The translations under genes and the position numbers were made by a program. The notes below the pieces were generated by a model, which worked only from the letters and a program-made list of their open reading frames with translations, was not told the origin of the DNA and did not search any database. A stretch of 64,000 bases of DNA from Iphione sp. A-MEVVRFRX5 (Eukaryota): contig OZ320313.1 of assembly GCA_976226885.1 (NCBI GenBank), positions 105,896,001 to 105,960,000 of the forward strand. Reading direction: 5' to 3'. Shown piece after piece: positions 12,782 through 24,620 of the stretch (positions within the stretch are counted from its first letter, which is position 1; each line of letters opens with the position of its first letter).

Positions 12782-14039
12782 CATGGTGAGGAAATTGCTT
12801 TTCATCCCCGGGGTGTCCACTAGTAAGGTCCGTACCAGCTCATTTGTAACTTCGTATTGACCTCAAAAGATATATCGAATCAGATCCGGAAATCAAAGGT
12901 CGTAGCGTTAAGTGTCCCCAGAGTCGATTCTTTATGCCTGAGTAATGGCACTATCAGATTCCAACTGACTTGGACAATCACACAAATATCAGTCTTCCTT
13001 TCTGTATAGTACCCATGGGCAACAAGACATCCGGTACAAAGTCCGTGATCTGTACGTGAGCTCTCTGTCGGTGTCTGAGCTACAGGCAGGAAAAAAGTAC
13101 ATGGATAGCGTCAAACACCCGCTCATCGGAGCCCTTTTTATTGTACAGTTTTATATTGGGCGGAATTGTGCCAAATAAACGCCCTTGTGATAACAGTAAC
13201 ACATGGGTTAGAAGTATGAGGCGTTAGTCCATGGTTGCACAACCAAGAAATCACCCAACAATCCATTGTATGAAAGGTATTGATTCAAGCGTCGGCGGGG
13301 AGTTAGCTCCATGAAGGCATGGCTGCAAGCAAAGGTCGGGACTTACATAGTGTTGAGACATTCACCTTAACTTAGTCAGCAGTGTCTTATGAATGCAGTG
13401 CATCGAGGGTGGGAAGGCTATATTAATGACAAATGTAAGATGGAGCTAAACAATGAAGAAAGACATGAAAGATATCGTACGCGATGTAAGACCCAATGAC
13501 ATCGAAGGTGATACATTTACATTGGGCATGGCGGTATGTATGTAAATTTCTAGTGTAATTGATTGACAGAATGCGGTGATGGAGATTACAATAATGAAGT
13601 CCTCAATACACTCAATTGAGCTGCTATCAATACATGTAAAATACACATAACAAGGAGCAGTGATATGAGAGTCACATCATAAACATGAAGGAACAGTCCT
13701 GGAAATGAAAGACTTATTACGGAAAACGTAAGTGAACAACGAGTATTTAAACAATTCGTACAGCGTAGAAGAATGCCCCGAGCATACTCAACAACTCACT
13801 GTACATGTAGCATAGTTGCGTTCGGATCAGCAGATGAAGCCAGTCTCTTTGCCCCCCAAAGCCCAAAAGTTTAGAACGAGTTGAGTTTCCACTCGAGATC
13901 CAGACACGTCCACCTGCTAATCTTGTTTTATATATATACAATTTCCGACGAAAAACAAGGTCGAACTGGGATGCGACTGTCTCCGGCTGATGTTATTTGT
14001 AGCCCTCACTGAGCTTGACTAGCTGTCCGCAAGCTTTCA

Positions 14040-14150
14040 CCTGACTACTCTGGTCGTCAGCGTAAGGCTTGATGGGGTATTTTTGCTCAGAGAACGCTGA
14101 CATTGACCAAGGCGGACGGCACGGGAACAGAGCAGCTCTCTGTGACGGTT
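14040..14150 (-). mobile_element. Possible decayed non-LTR (CR1/L2-like) reverse transcriptase fragment
   Basis: YADD at 14053-14064, preceded about 20 codons earlier by SQRAALFP, whose DNA resembles the PQGSVLGP motif. Short and degenerate. Confidence 0.3.
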
Positions 14151-15107
14151 CAGTGGCAGGTGGGCGAGCTGGAGAGCTAAAACAGGGAACTCTACTACAG
14201 GCATGGATTCTGTGGCCCAAACCTTGTCCAGTCAGATGGGGATGGGACGACTGGGAGAAGGTGACGTCGGTTTGAAGAGACTCAACTCTTCAGCGACAGG
14301 TGCGAAGAGACACCCAACATTTCAATCATCAGCCAAGCTGCCATTAAAAAGAGAGGCTGCAGGGCAGGAAAGGGCCTTAGTGTGTGAGTGAGAGGGAGAA
14401 AAAATATAAAAAAAGAAGCGAACAAGACACAGGTGATAGAGAGAGCGGACGCAAAAGAGAGCCCCAAAGAGATATCCACGTACATTTGAAAAAATGTTTT
14501 TAACATGGTATATGTTGCCAGGACGAAAAAATTAAATACATTTCATGGTATGTTTTAGGGATTTTGAGGTGCATTTGACATGGAACTTTTACAGTATCAT
14601 TTTGATAGCACAGAAACTTATACATACAGCGTGTATAATCAGTGATGATTATACTCTCCATAAATTTGTAGACTGTTTAATGAATAAACTGTGGGTAGGT
14701 ATATGTCAATCTTTGTTGTGCTTTACAAGAGTCCCTGACAGGGTAGCAAATAAAATAGTATCATTATTTAATTGGTTACATCAGTAGAAGAATTCAACAA
14801 AAACAAACAACTTTGTAGCTGCATCAGCTGGAGGCATGTATTTAGGAGTCTTTCTGGTTTTCGTTTCGAAGTTTATTAAATAGTTCTCTTTTGAGTTTGG
14901 CCTTGAATGATTGTTTCTTGCATAGCCTTAGAGATACGTCTAGTGTATTCCAGAAAAATCTTGTGTAAATTGGGTCACTTAAATTTTTCCATTCTCGGCT
15001 TATCTACTGGGAGGGTTGGCTTCCTAAACATCGACAAGCTTTTTATTCCGAGTTGATTCCTTGATAAAACATCACAGTTAAGGGACCTGGAATACAGGAT
15101 AATTCTT

Positions 15108-15146
15108 TTACTGAAGGGCAGGATATGGAGTCCTGCCCTTCAGTAA
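15108..15146. repeat. Perfect 16-bp inverted repeat with 7-nt spacer
   Basis: ttactgaagggcagga (15108-15123), tatggag, tcctgcccttcagtaa (15131-15146). Confidence 0.95.
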
Positions 15147-18100
15147 CGATTTACTCCACCCATCCATGCGATAACTACCAGCAACACAGGTCTACACGAG
15201 AGGGCACACGATTAAGTGCAAGACAGAGGGAAGGAAGAGAGTCAGAATCAGCGAAAGTCAGAGATTAACACCACGAGGACAGGAGAGATAGGGGTGAAAC
15301 TGACAGAGAGCTAACGCCACGATCAGTAACTTCACCCCCCCCCTTGGCCCTGTAACTGTCTACCAACCCCCCACCTGTGTCCCTCTGCCAGTTGGCATCT
15401 TCTTCTGCCAAGCCAATTTGTGCTGCGGCAGGGCTTCGGTAGTGGTCGGAGATCAATGCCTAACTGAATAGGGCCTCCTGATCTGCCTACTTGGGAGGAG
15501 AAGGCCTGGCGTCCTCCAGGCTTTAACTGACCAATGTGGGCTAGATAGATTCAATGGGCACGGGGCCTCTCAGTCTCCTCCACTGCACCGCACAGCGTGG
15601 TGGAGAAAGAGGGGCAGGATTCAGTGAGGATTCGTAAGTGCTTGCATTTGTTATTCATCACGGAATAGTGGGGAGTCGGGAGAGCACGGCTAATATTGAT
15701 GTTCACACTTAAAAAAAGATGATGTGGCGAGAGAATTAACAGGAACGTCAGAAATGGAAATAACTTTTCTGAATGATTTTCCAAGAAGGAATGGGTTGTT
15801 GAACGCAAAAAGGTGCAAAACCGAACCCACATGGGAAGCGCTTCTACATGAATTAATACCTGGAAATGACAAACAGGTAAATAAATGTCTCTGTTTTGTG
15901 ATTAAGGAGACATAATAGGTAAAAAGAGGGAGAAATTGCAACACCAGGAAACACAGAATAATTATTTTCGTGCATGACAGGTAAAGGTAATGTTTGCCCG
16001 CGATGAACGTTGAATATTTGCACCAAATAGGCCAACAAAACACGTTCCTTTTAAATCATGCATCATAATATCTCTCTATTATTTTTTTTCCATATCCCCG
16101 TAGCTTATACCTGCACTCCTTTTGATGTCTTAAGAGAGGGATTTTGTGAACGGCCGGCTCGACTATGTATGTATAAACGGGTAAAGCAACACTACATCAC
16201 ATAGCTAAGGCAATGACCAAAGCAGAGGGACTCGGGTAAGTGTTCCTTTGTGCTAGGGTCGACTACCATTCGGATTTGTCTATATAGGTCTCCCCTCAAC
16301 ATTGCTTCCTTACTGATTCATAGCCCATTAGCATCACCTGCCCTCTCTCTAAGCTCCCCACCTGCAAGGTATGACCGTCACCTTCCGGCGCGACTGAAAG
16401 TCAAGCCATTAAGTCTTGACCGAGCCCTATGACACCTACCGGTATTTTCTGACTTTCCAGTCCAGCATACCCCTTGACAAAGAGCTGTCCATTTTCATTC
16501 TCAAAATTGACCAGTCATTCTTCCACTTAGGCGTGTGCTTTATCATGGGAGCCTTATTTCTTATTAAAAGAAGATGCCGTACCAATTTCTATTAGCATAC
16601 AACCCGACCTATCGGCCATCACCAAGGAAGAGCAGACATAGTTTCAGATAAGAAAAAAAGGCCATATTGATTCAAGACGAGAGGAACGAGAGACTTTTGC
16701 GATCGGGATAATCTAACAGGATAAAGGTAAGAGAGAATATGTTTTTTTTGTTGTAGTAAGAACCAAGTAATCAAAGAAGGAATGAGAGTAGATTCCTGTT
16801 AGACAATCCAATTTGATTCGACAAGATTGAATTCAGAATGGATCAAAATGATGAAAATGTTTACGGAACCACATCTTTCGGGATACAACTATGCTACTTT
16901 AGCATCAAGGGGAGGAGAACGGATTTCGTCTGGGTGAACCAATTCAGCACAAAAATGATGAGGTTTGGGATTCCTATTAAGATTACCCCATACACGGAAT
17001 GGTGTATGCGTTTGGTTTGCTTTATTAGTATGTTTTTTTTCGGGTGAGAGGTAGCTTTAGGGAGTTACTGGCAGTCACCATGGAAAGTCTATTGCGTACA
17101 CAGTAGGAGGGATGCACAGCTCCACCTTAAACGTATAAAGAAAAAAACATCTCCGAGAGGCAAGGACAGTTCTCCAGTACCAAGGACAAATGCATTCCGG
17201 CACGAACACAGCAAGTATGGAACGGGTATAAATAGCGAAGAGAGAGCATTAGCTTAGCAGCCGTCGTGGTTACGTTTGGCGAGCGGCGTCAGGGCAAGTA
17301 TAAACCACAGCGTATCAAAGTATCATAACAGAAATTCCATTGACATTTCCTTCCTACACCAATGCCTCAAAGGGCGGAGTTAAGTGAAGCAAGGCCATAA
17401 GGTAAAATTACAAAGTGAATACGTCCACATATTTATCGTATTAGGCTGTCCAAGGCAGAGTGTGGGGAAGGGACTTCCATCGAGTATATAACACGCACTC
17501 CCTTTGGTTACCATCAGCTGAGGATGGATCAGCGAAAAGATTTACTGAGCGAAATAACACCAGTAAGCAGAAGGTGATAATCGAGAGAAGTGTACGGAGA
17601 GCTATTAGTAAAGCGCTGCATTTGAAGCAATCATTTTAGTGAGAACATAAATCAAGTCACGTTCCGTTTATATATACATGTATATCAATCCCAGACAGTG
17701 CATTGATAGCATTGCACCGGATAACAATGTCTATTGCCTTTGATATAGGCGGAGGACGGCGGGCGGATGAGGATGAGGCCGGTGATGAGAGGCATCAATA
17801 ACGCCGGGTTTTACTTATGCAGGAGGAGTTTCCTGGTAAGCTGGCGGTGATTTCTGCGGCTCCTGGAGGGTGGCGCTGTGATGTGTTCGCCGGGGCGAGT
17901 ATTGAGGGCTTCTATCTGTCTCACTAAGCGTGTAATTTCAACTGACATGTCCGTCACAGAGGACGTTCTGTAACGCTACCTGTCCAGTCGCTGCAGACGT
18001 CAGCTGCAAGATGGGTGCTAGGGGCCGACCCTGCATGCACCAGTAAATAAATATATATGTATGTATACATAATGAAACCACCTTAAGATCACCAAGCTAT

Positions 18101-18440
18101 AACGTCTAAATAAATATATATACATGTATACAATGTACGTATATTGCATAGAGATGAACGCAAGTTTGACAGTCATGTAGCAAGCATGTCGGTGCGTCCA
18201 CACCAGAATAAACGTCTACTACATACACTTTCAAAAACACCCACACTCAGACAGCCTGCTGTAGGTCCACTGGTTGGACAGATTTGGCCTTAGATGTCTC
18301 CAGTGGGCACTGCTGGGTGATCTGTCCGTCGCGTCAGTGGGCTGACGGCGGCAGTAAATGGGCCCATGATCGGTCTTTTTCATCAGGCAATCGTGACCGG
18401 CCGCTGCATTTATATGGATCGCTCGCGGCGAAGAACAATG

Positions 18441-18457
18441 GTTCCCCCTAGTGGCAG
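18441..18457 (-). promoter_or_regulatory. CTCF-like motif (ctgccactagggggaac)
   Basis: Reverse complement of gttccccctagtggcag; lies in an island with CCAAT (18483), TATA-like (18408-18415) and ETS (18602-18610) motifs. Confidence 0.4.
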
Positions 18458-18609
18458 GCCAGTGCACAAACGAATCTGCCGTCCAATCAGTATGACTTAC
18501 CTGAGAACGATAGGCACTTGACTGGGCCGATATGGCCTGGCGTTAGGATGTGGTTGTCGTAGGGCTCCGGCCCGGCTCACCAACATGGCTGGCTTCAGGA
18601 ACCGGAAGT

Positions 18610-18950
18610 GGGTGCTTTTGTGTATGATCATGTGTTATATTATGTGAATTATGTGAGAGTGTATGTATGGCTGTGTATGTTTTATGTTTATGGTGTATCA
18701 TGGGTAGATCAGGTGTAAGAGTGTTTATAAAATGTGTTAGTTGTGTTATCTATGGGAAAGTTAAGGTGTGAATGAATATAGTTTGAATATGTACTTGTAC
18801 TATCCATATGTGCATAATTATATACTTCTGTATGTTGTATGTCACAGAATAACTATGCCAAGTGATGTGAGCTAATGTGTACTTCAAGGTGTTCATGTGT
18901 TCTTATGCAGTATGTTTTACTCCCACATATAGGAAATAAAGGTTTTTTTT
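18610..18950 (+). mobile_element. GT-rich tract ending in AATAAA and a T-run; possible retroelement 3' UTR
   Basis: C-poor, TG-rich 340-bp tract ending ggaaataaaggtttttttt. No coding part detected. Confidence 0.25.
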
Positions 18951-20714
18951 CATTTCCGATGCCATGCGTCATGGATAGGAGAGTTGTGTGTTACTTCTAG
19001 TCCTATATATCATGGGTTAGACTCCGGTTTTTAAGCTTTAACATTTTTACTGTTACTTAAGCAGTATAGACAGTTTTGTTACACTACTGAACCAACTTGC
19101 ATTGAATGCTGTGTACTGAATTTGGTTATATAGTGGTAACCCATTAATCGATAATTGTACATCTAAAAATACTGCTTAACCGACTCATTAGGGGGAATCA
19201 AAACTGAAACGTCAGCTGAAAATGTTTCCACAGCCGACAAATTCCATATAATCAACTACTAAATCGCTAGCAACAGAGAATGTCAGTTGCAGAGTGACTG
19301 CTGTATAAATTTACGTGCACTATGTATCATAGGATCTAATAACCACTACAGGGCCAGATCGGGGACTTATCCGGGGGTTTACACTGGCGGGTATCAGCCT
19401 TACTGACTTCATCGGTGAAACAATTAATATTTTTGTGTTTTATCTTTTTGTAATAAACGTCGAATCTGAATCCCAAACTGTATTTTGTCTTAAATATAAT
19501 TTTATAATAGAACTGATTGCTGTACATAATAAGATCTCTACAAGATACCCATATTTTTATGAAATATCTTAGTCGCTTAATTATTGAAATTTTGTAGGTC
19601 TATAATATGGGTTCTTTACTTTCCGATGCCTCGCGTCGATACACAATCCTGTAATTGTGCTGAATAACTTACGAATACTGTCTGATCATATACCCTTGCC
19701 AAAAATATTCATTAAGACAGGAAACATGTATAGTTGCGCGCGTGTGTGAGTGTATCTAAGCGAACGCAGTAATAGAAAGTGAGTGAGTGCCATTTAGTGT
19801 GTGTTAGTGTGGCTGTGTGATCATGGAGAGGAGCAGCAGGAGAGGGCTGCTACTCCAGGAGTCAGGGTCACTAACATACTCCTGGAGAGTTGGCCACCAA
19901 AAATGATCGACCGAGGCAAGCGCCCCTTCTCGGAGAGTACAGCGTACGCTCTTAGCTTTATTAAATGCCCAAACCTGGTTTCCTGCGCTAGCCATCTCAC
20001 CGGCTCCCTCCCCTCTCTGTCTCCATCTCAGCCTCTCTCTCTTTCTCTGTCGCTCTTTGGTTGCAGCCTGGTCAGTGCATGCTTCAATGGCGTCTATATT
20101 TTGCTCTTTTTTATCCCTAGCTTCATTAACCGACCAGAAAAGGATTGGTAACTGCCGCGTGGGTGGGCTAGTTGACTGGCTGGCCGGAAAGCATGGGCGA
20201 GGCAGGGGTGGGGGTGGGGGAGTGGGTTAGGGAGTGTAGACGTGTGCGCTGGGGAGGGGGGGTTCAGTGGACCTTAGTGGTATAAAGGTAGGCCGCCGCG
20301 GAGAGTAATGTAGTCTATGATAACATGATAAGCAGGGCTAAGTCGTCCCTCAATCGATGCCCACGCTGCTTGCCGAATGGCACCTACAGGCAACGGAGGG
20401 CAGCAAATCCAAGTCTAGCAAGGCTCCCACCTGAGCTAATGTTAAGTGTGGAGAGGTGGAAAGCGGGGCACACCTACTGAAATGGCGGGCGGCCCAATTA
20501 ACTGCTGTTTGAATCGTGTTACTACCTCCCTCTCCCTCAACGCGTTATGGCAAGTGCGGCCCGCACGTACATTAAACATTTAACCTGGAGGAGCGGATGT
20601 TGTTTTTGGGTGCCATCATGGGAGGGCGAGAGGGAGTGGGTTACCAAAGAAACTTCATTAAACCATTTGCGGTGCATTAAGTGAACCGAAGGTGGGTGTC
20701 GGTGGGTGATTGTG

Positions 20715-20727
20715 GTTGCTAGGAAAC
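20715..20727 (+). promoter_or_regulatory. RFX X-box (gttgctaggaaac)
   Basis: Matches the 13-bp palindromic X-box pattern; nearby are the E-box gtcacgtgac (20874-20883) and CTCF-like tcgccaggtggcg (20852-20864). Confidence 0.4.
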
Positions 20728-22364
20728 TACATCAAACGATTTGCGCTGAGTTATGAGTGCGAGGACAGAAACAAACACAGCCGTTACATTGGCTGGGGGT
20801 AGCTGCGCCTACCCCGCTTGCTTCCTGATCCCATGATGCCAATCTCCAGCATCGCCAGGTGGCGTTATCAAAAGTCACGTGACGACTGACAGTCGGCCGC
20901 CAGTGCAATAGATATGAGTTATTTAGGCCTTGGTTTTGGATGGCGCGATTAATGTTACCTTCTAGTGGGCACGGCCAAGGAGAAGGACTGGAAAGAGCTC
21001 TGCTGAGCAAATGGCTATGGTGATGGCAGCGATAGAGACAGAAGGGCATGTACGGAAACATTGAGGCGGGAAATAGAGAGTAAAGACATAGTCAAGGGAG
21101 AAAATCTGAGAAGAATAGTATGATTTAGACATAAATGAGATAGAGAAAGATAGCAGTAAAGGTTTACCAAGGAGGAGACAGGAATGAGCCCCGTGAGGTT
21201 GGAAGGTACACATGAAAAGAAAGAAGAAAGTGACGATAAAGAAAGATGGAGATAGTATAGCAGACATGCCATGAGAGGAGGAGTTTGGGGATGGGAGGTA
21301 GGGTGCATCGGCTGGCGCAGACGAGGCTCAGTCTGGCCATAAGTCAATGACGTATAGTCTCGAGGTGGTGGCCTTCCGCTGGCACGGCCGCCCCAGCCGT
21401 TCACCAATGGTTTCTATTACTCGGATTAAACTGCCTCCCTTGAGCCCGGCACATACACGCACTTACGACCTACCAACAGCACATCTAATCTCAACACGAA
21501 TCTAGAACGTTAGTCCTCCACATTGACCACACTCCCCCCCAAAATAACGCAACCATAACTGAGAACACTAAGTACACGAAAGGAAAAGCCTCAAGCTCCT
21601 CTCTCGTAGAGTTAAACTGTAAAGGAAAGGAAATCCTGGGCTTATACACTGAAGTGCTCCTGTCACCTGCCTCATTCACAGACAGGAACAGCAGAGAAAG
21701 AGTCGTGAGATGTAGATCAGCCTTTACGAGCGCTCTTTTGTTGGTAACTAGGCAGCGTTACGACCAGTCTGCCTGCAAGCCCCAGGGCAGTCAAACCCGA
21801 TGCAGCCATACTAACCCTGACTTTTTTCATAGATTTTTCTATTACCATCGTCCCCCGCGGCTATCCAAGCAACAGAGGTTAAGGGCCGTGTGCTAAATTA
21901 ACTTAGTGGCCAGGGCCCTGCCGTTCCAGTAGTGTTTACCAAAGGGCCGGCGCTTGCAGCAGAGGGACTAAGCATTCTGTCACTCTTGACCTTCATTTCA
22001 GACCATGGCGGTGGCCCTGACAGAGACGTCATTCAGGCTGATGACAGCGACAAACCACTTCTCTGGAACCTGTGGGACTAGTACAAGGGACTGGGGGCTT
22101 TGGGGGAGTGCGGCAGAAGCTCCCCCTGTCGTCAAGGGGTGCATTATAAAATAACACCGTCGTTATGGCGGAATTACGCGGGAAGCGACCACTCAGGAAA
22201 CACTAGAGAGGGCCCCCAACCCTCTCCTCACGCCCGGCTATAAACCGTCAGAGGCAGTGAAGGTACAATGACTCAAACCCTGGCTTACTGACAGAGACAG
22301 TTTAAGAGCGAGGATTGGAGTGTAAGGCGGCGGCTCAGGACAAATGCAAAAGTCTACGGCAGTG

Positions 22365-22368
<4 letters not shown>

Positions 22369-22446
<78 letters not shown>
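22369..22446. repeat. (GA)n microsatellite
   Basis: About 78-bp GA run with one interruption. Confidence 0.98.
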
Positions 22447-22447
<1 letters not shown>

Positions 22448-23212
22448 AGGCGGCAAAGAAAGACGACAGGAGAAAAGGTAGTGGGGAAGCCATATGGTCC
22501 AATTATTTTACGTCATTACAAGACACCGTGAAAAGAAGTGTCAGTTCAAAAGTGAAAATGATAGGAAGCGATGTGAAGCCATTTGCCCACTGGGCATCAT
22601 GGAAGTAAAACGCTCTTGATAATGAGAATCATAAAGTTGATGAATCCCTAGATGATATCTCACACGCACAAAACAGCGATTTCGACACTGGACGCGCAAT
22701 TGTCATAAATCATGGACAATGAGATGCAGGCCGGTAAAGCACCTGCAAAGAGAAATATATTCATATTACTGGTAGGATATATATTCCCTACTTCGTCTAC
22801 AGGCCCCATTACAAAGGAGCCTTTCCTCCTCCCGTCGCAGTTGCCATAGAGATATGATATGGCGGCGATAGTAATACCATACCATACAGAAGTGGTAACC
22901 ACTGGGCAGCAGTCCTCGTCGTGTCGAGAGATTGCTCCAATCCCTTGAGATCCAAACTATCATCGTTTGAGACCTTCTTTTCCTTCATATTGTGGCCCAT
23001 CCTCTCCTCGCTGGGAAACCTACCTTCCGCTTCTGTCTTGTGTGGCTATCGGCCTACAACCCAAGATGAGACACACTTTAATATCGCCCGGCTCCACACG
23101 TCTCAGCTGCTGCTCTTATCGTTTGCTGTTTCCATGTCGGCGAGAGCAATCTCCCAGGAATAGATTGCCCGGCGTGTGTTTGGCGTAGTGTGTGTATGTT
23201 TGTATGTGAGGG

Positions 23213-23263
23213 TGTGTATGCACATTGTGTGCGTGTGTATGTACATTGTGTGCGTGTGAATGC
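23213..23263. repeat. About 2.4 copies of a 21-bp unit (gtgtgtatgyacattgtgtgc) in a TG-rich tract
   Basis: gtgtgtatgcacattgtgtgc gtgtgtatgtacattgtgtgc gtgtgaatg. Confidence 0.85.
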
Positions 23264-24184
23264 AACCTTTGGTGTGCGGGATTGTCCTTGCATGGGACAT
23301 ATATGTGTTTGTAAGTGTGTATCTATTCAAATTTTCTCTTGTAGGGTATGGGACTCTTGTCGGGGGGGGGAGGGGGCTGATAAGGAGGGCAATGGTACCC
23401 CCCGTACGTGCAAGACGCCTCAGCTCCCACCTATATCTGCAGGACGTCGGGAGCGAGGAGCAGTTGGAGCGAGAGAACCGTTGGGAGTGGGGTCGCCTCA
23501 AGGCGTCTCCGCGGAGGGTGGGCCACACAGTCCAGCCCCCACGCTTGTCAGTGATACATATCCTCCAGGCAGGCGTGTGTGGATCACCTGGATGAAGATA
23601 ACATATCCACGCGGCCGTCTTTCGTTCTCCTTGTCACCGCCGGTCCCCCTCTAGAGCCCCCTCAGGGACCAACATGGCCAAACTCTCATCTTCTTCCCCG
23701 AGCACCTGCAGTTCCGCCTCCGCCTCCGCCTCACCCACCCCACCCCACCCCGGACCGTTTCCATTACTTACAGTCCCCGGCTCTATCAGCTGTCCTGACC
23801 TGGGCTACATCAGGATCAGAGCGGTCGTCGCCTTCGTCGTCGATCTCTCCCGGCCTCTTCCGCTTCCGCCGCTGTTGGGTAGGGGAGGATGCGAGGGGGA
23901 GGTCTTCGACACCTAAAGTCGCCACTAATCACACCTTTCTCTCTCCAGGCCTGTCGCGTGAGAAACTACACATACTGCCACTGGGCACCAAGCCTCAGCT
24001 ATTATCGTCCTCACTGCAGCCGCTGTTACTGTCGCCGTGGCGGTCAACGATGTCCTCACGCGGGCTGACGGAGACAATTGCCTCCCCGCACCAACACTTG
24101 ATTACACGATCGCCTTTTTCTCTAGTGGGTGGTGCTGGTAGGTAGGATTGCAGGCTTGGTGTTTTTTTTCAGTGGATGGGATGC

Positions 24185-24620
24185 GTGGATGTTTGATTGG
24201 TTACTTGATTGATTGGGTGACTGATTGGTTTCACGGTCCGATAGCTGGTGGCTGGCTAATTGGCTGGCTGCATGTATAGTTTGTTTGGTGGTCAACTAGC
24301 TGATAGTCGACTGGTTTCCTAATTATTTAGTCAGTCATTTGATTGACTAGTTATCTGTTTGGGTGGGTGGGTAATTAAATACCCGTTAGCTATGTTGTCT
24401 GTTTTTTTCTGGTTAGTTTATTGTTTGTTGATAAGATGAGTGTGGACTTGCTGATTACCTGATTTGCTGTTGAGACACATGTAATTGATTGGTTGCCTGG
24501 TCAGATGGGTAAGTGATGAAATACATGTAGCTGAAAACTAGATGGCGGTCTTTGTGTTTAGCTGATTGTAGCTGGTGGCCGACTAGTACTCCTTGATCCG
24601 CTAGTCAGTTGCTTTTATAT
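24185..24620. repeat. Decayed tetranucleotide-type low-complexity tract (TTGG/TTGA/CTGG/TAGT)
   Basis: Period-4 pattern such as ttgattggttacttgattgattgggtgactgattgg and ggctggctaattggctggctg. Confidence 0.65.

Noticed and set aside
13450-13545. Plus-strand MKKDMKDIVRDVRPNDIEGDTFTLGMA followed by gtatgt
   Set aside because: The putative intron would be only about 36 nt, the continuation hits stops, and no family is recognisable.
17728-17926. Frame with DIGGGRR...DVFAGASIEG, faintly like patatin motifs
   Set aside because: Internal stop, poor spacing and only a few matching residues.
18501-18575. Alternative frame GHIGPVKCLSFS resembling a WD40 repeat
   Set aside because: Stop codon just upstream, no start or acceptor, single partial repeat.
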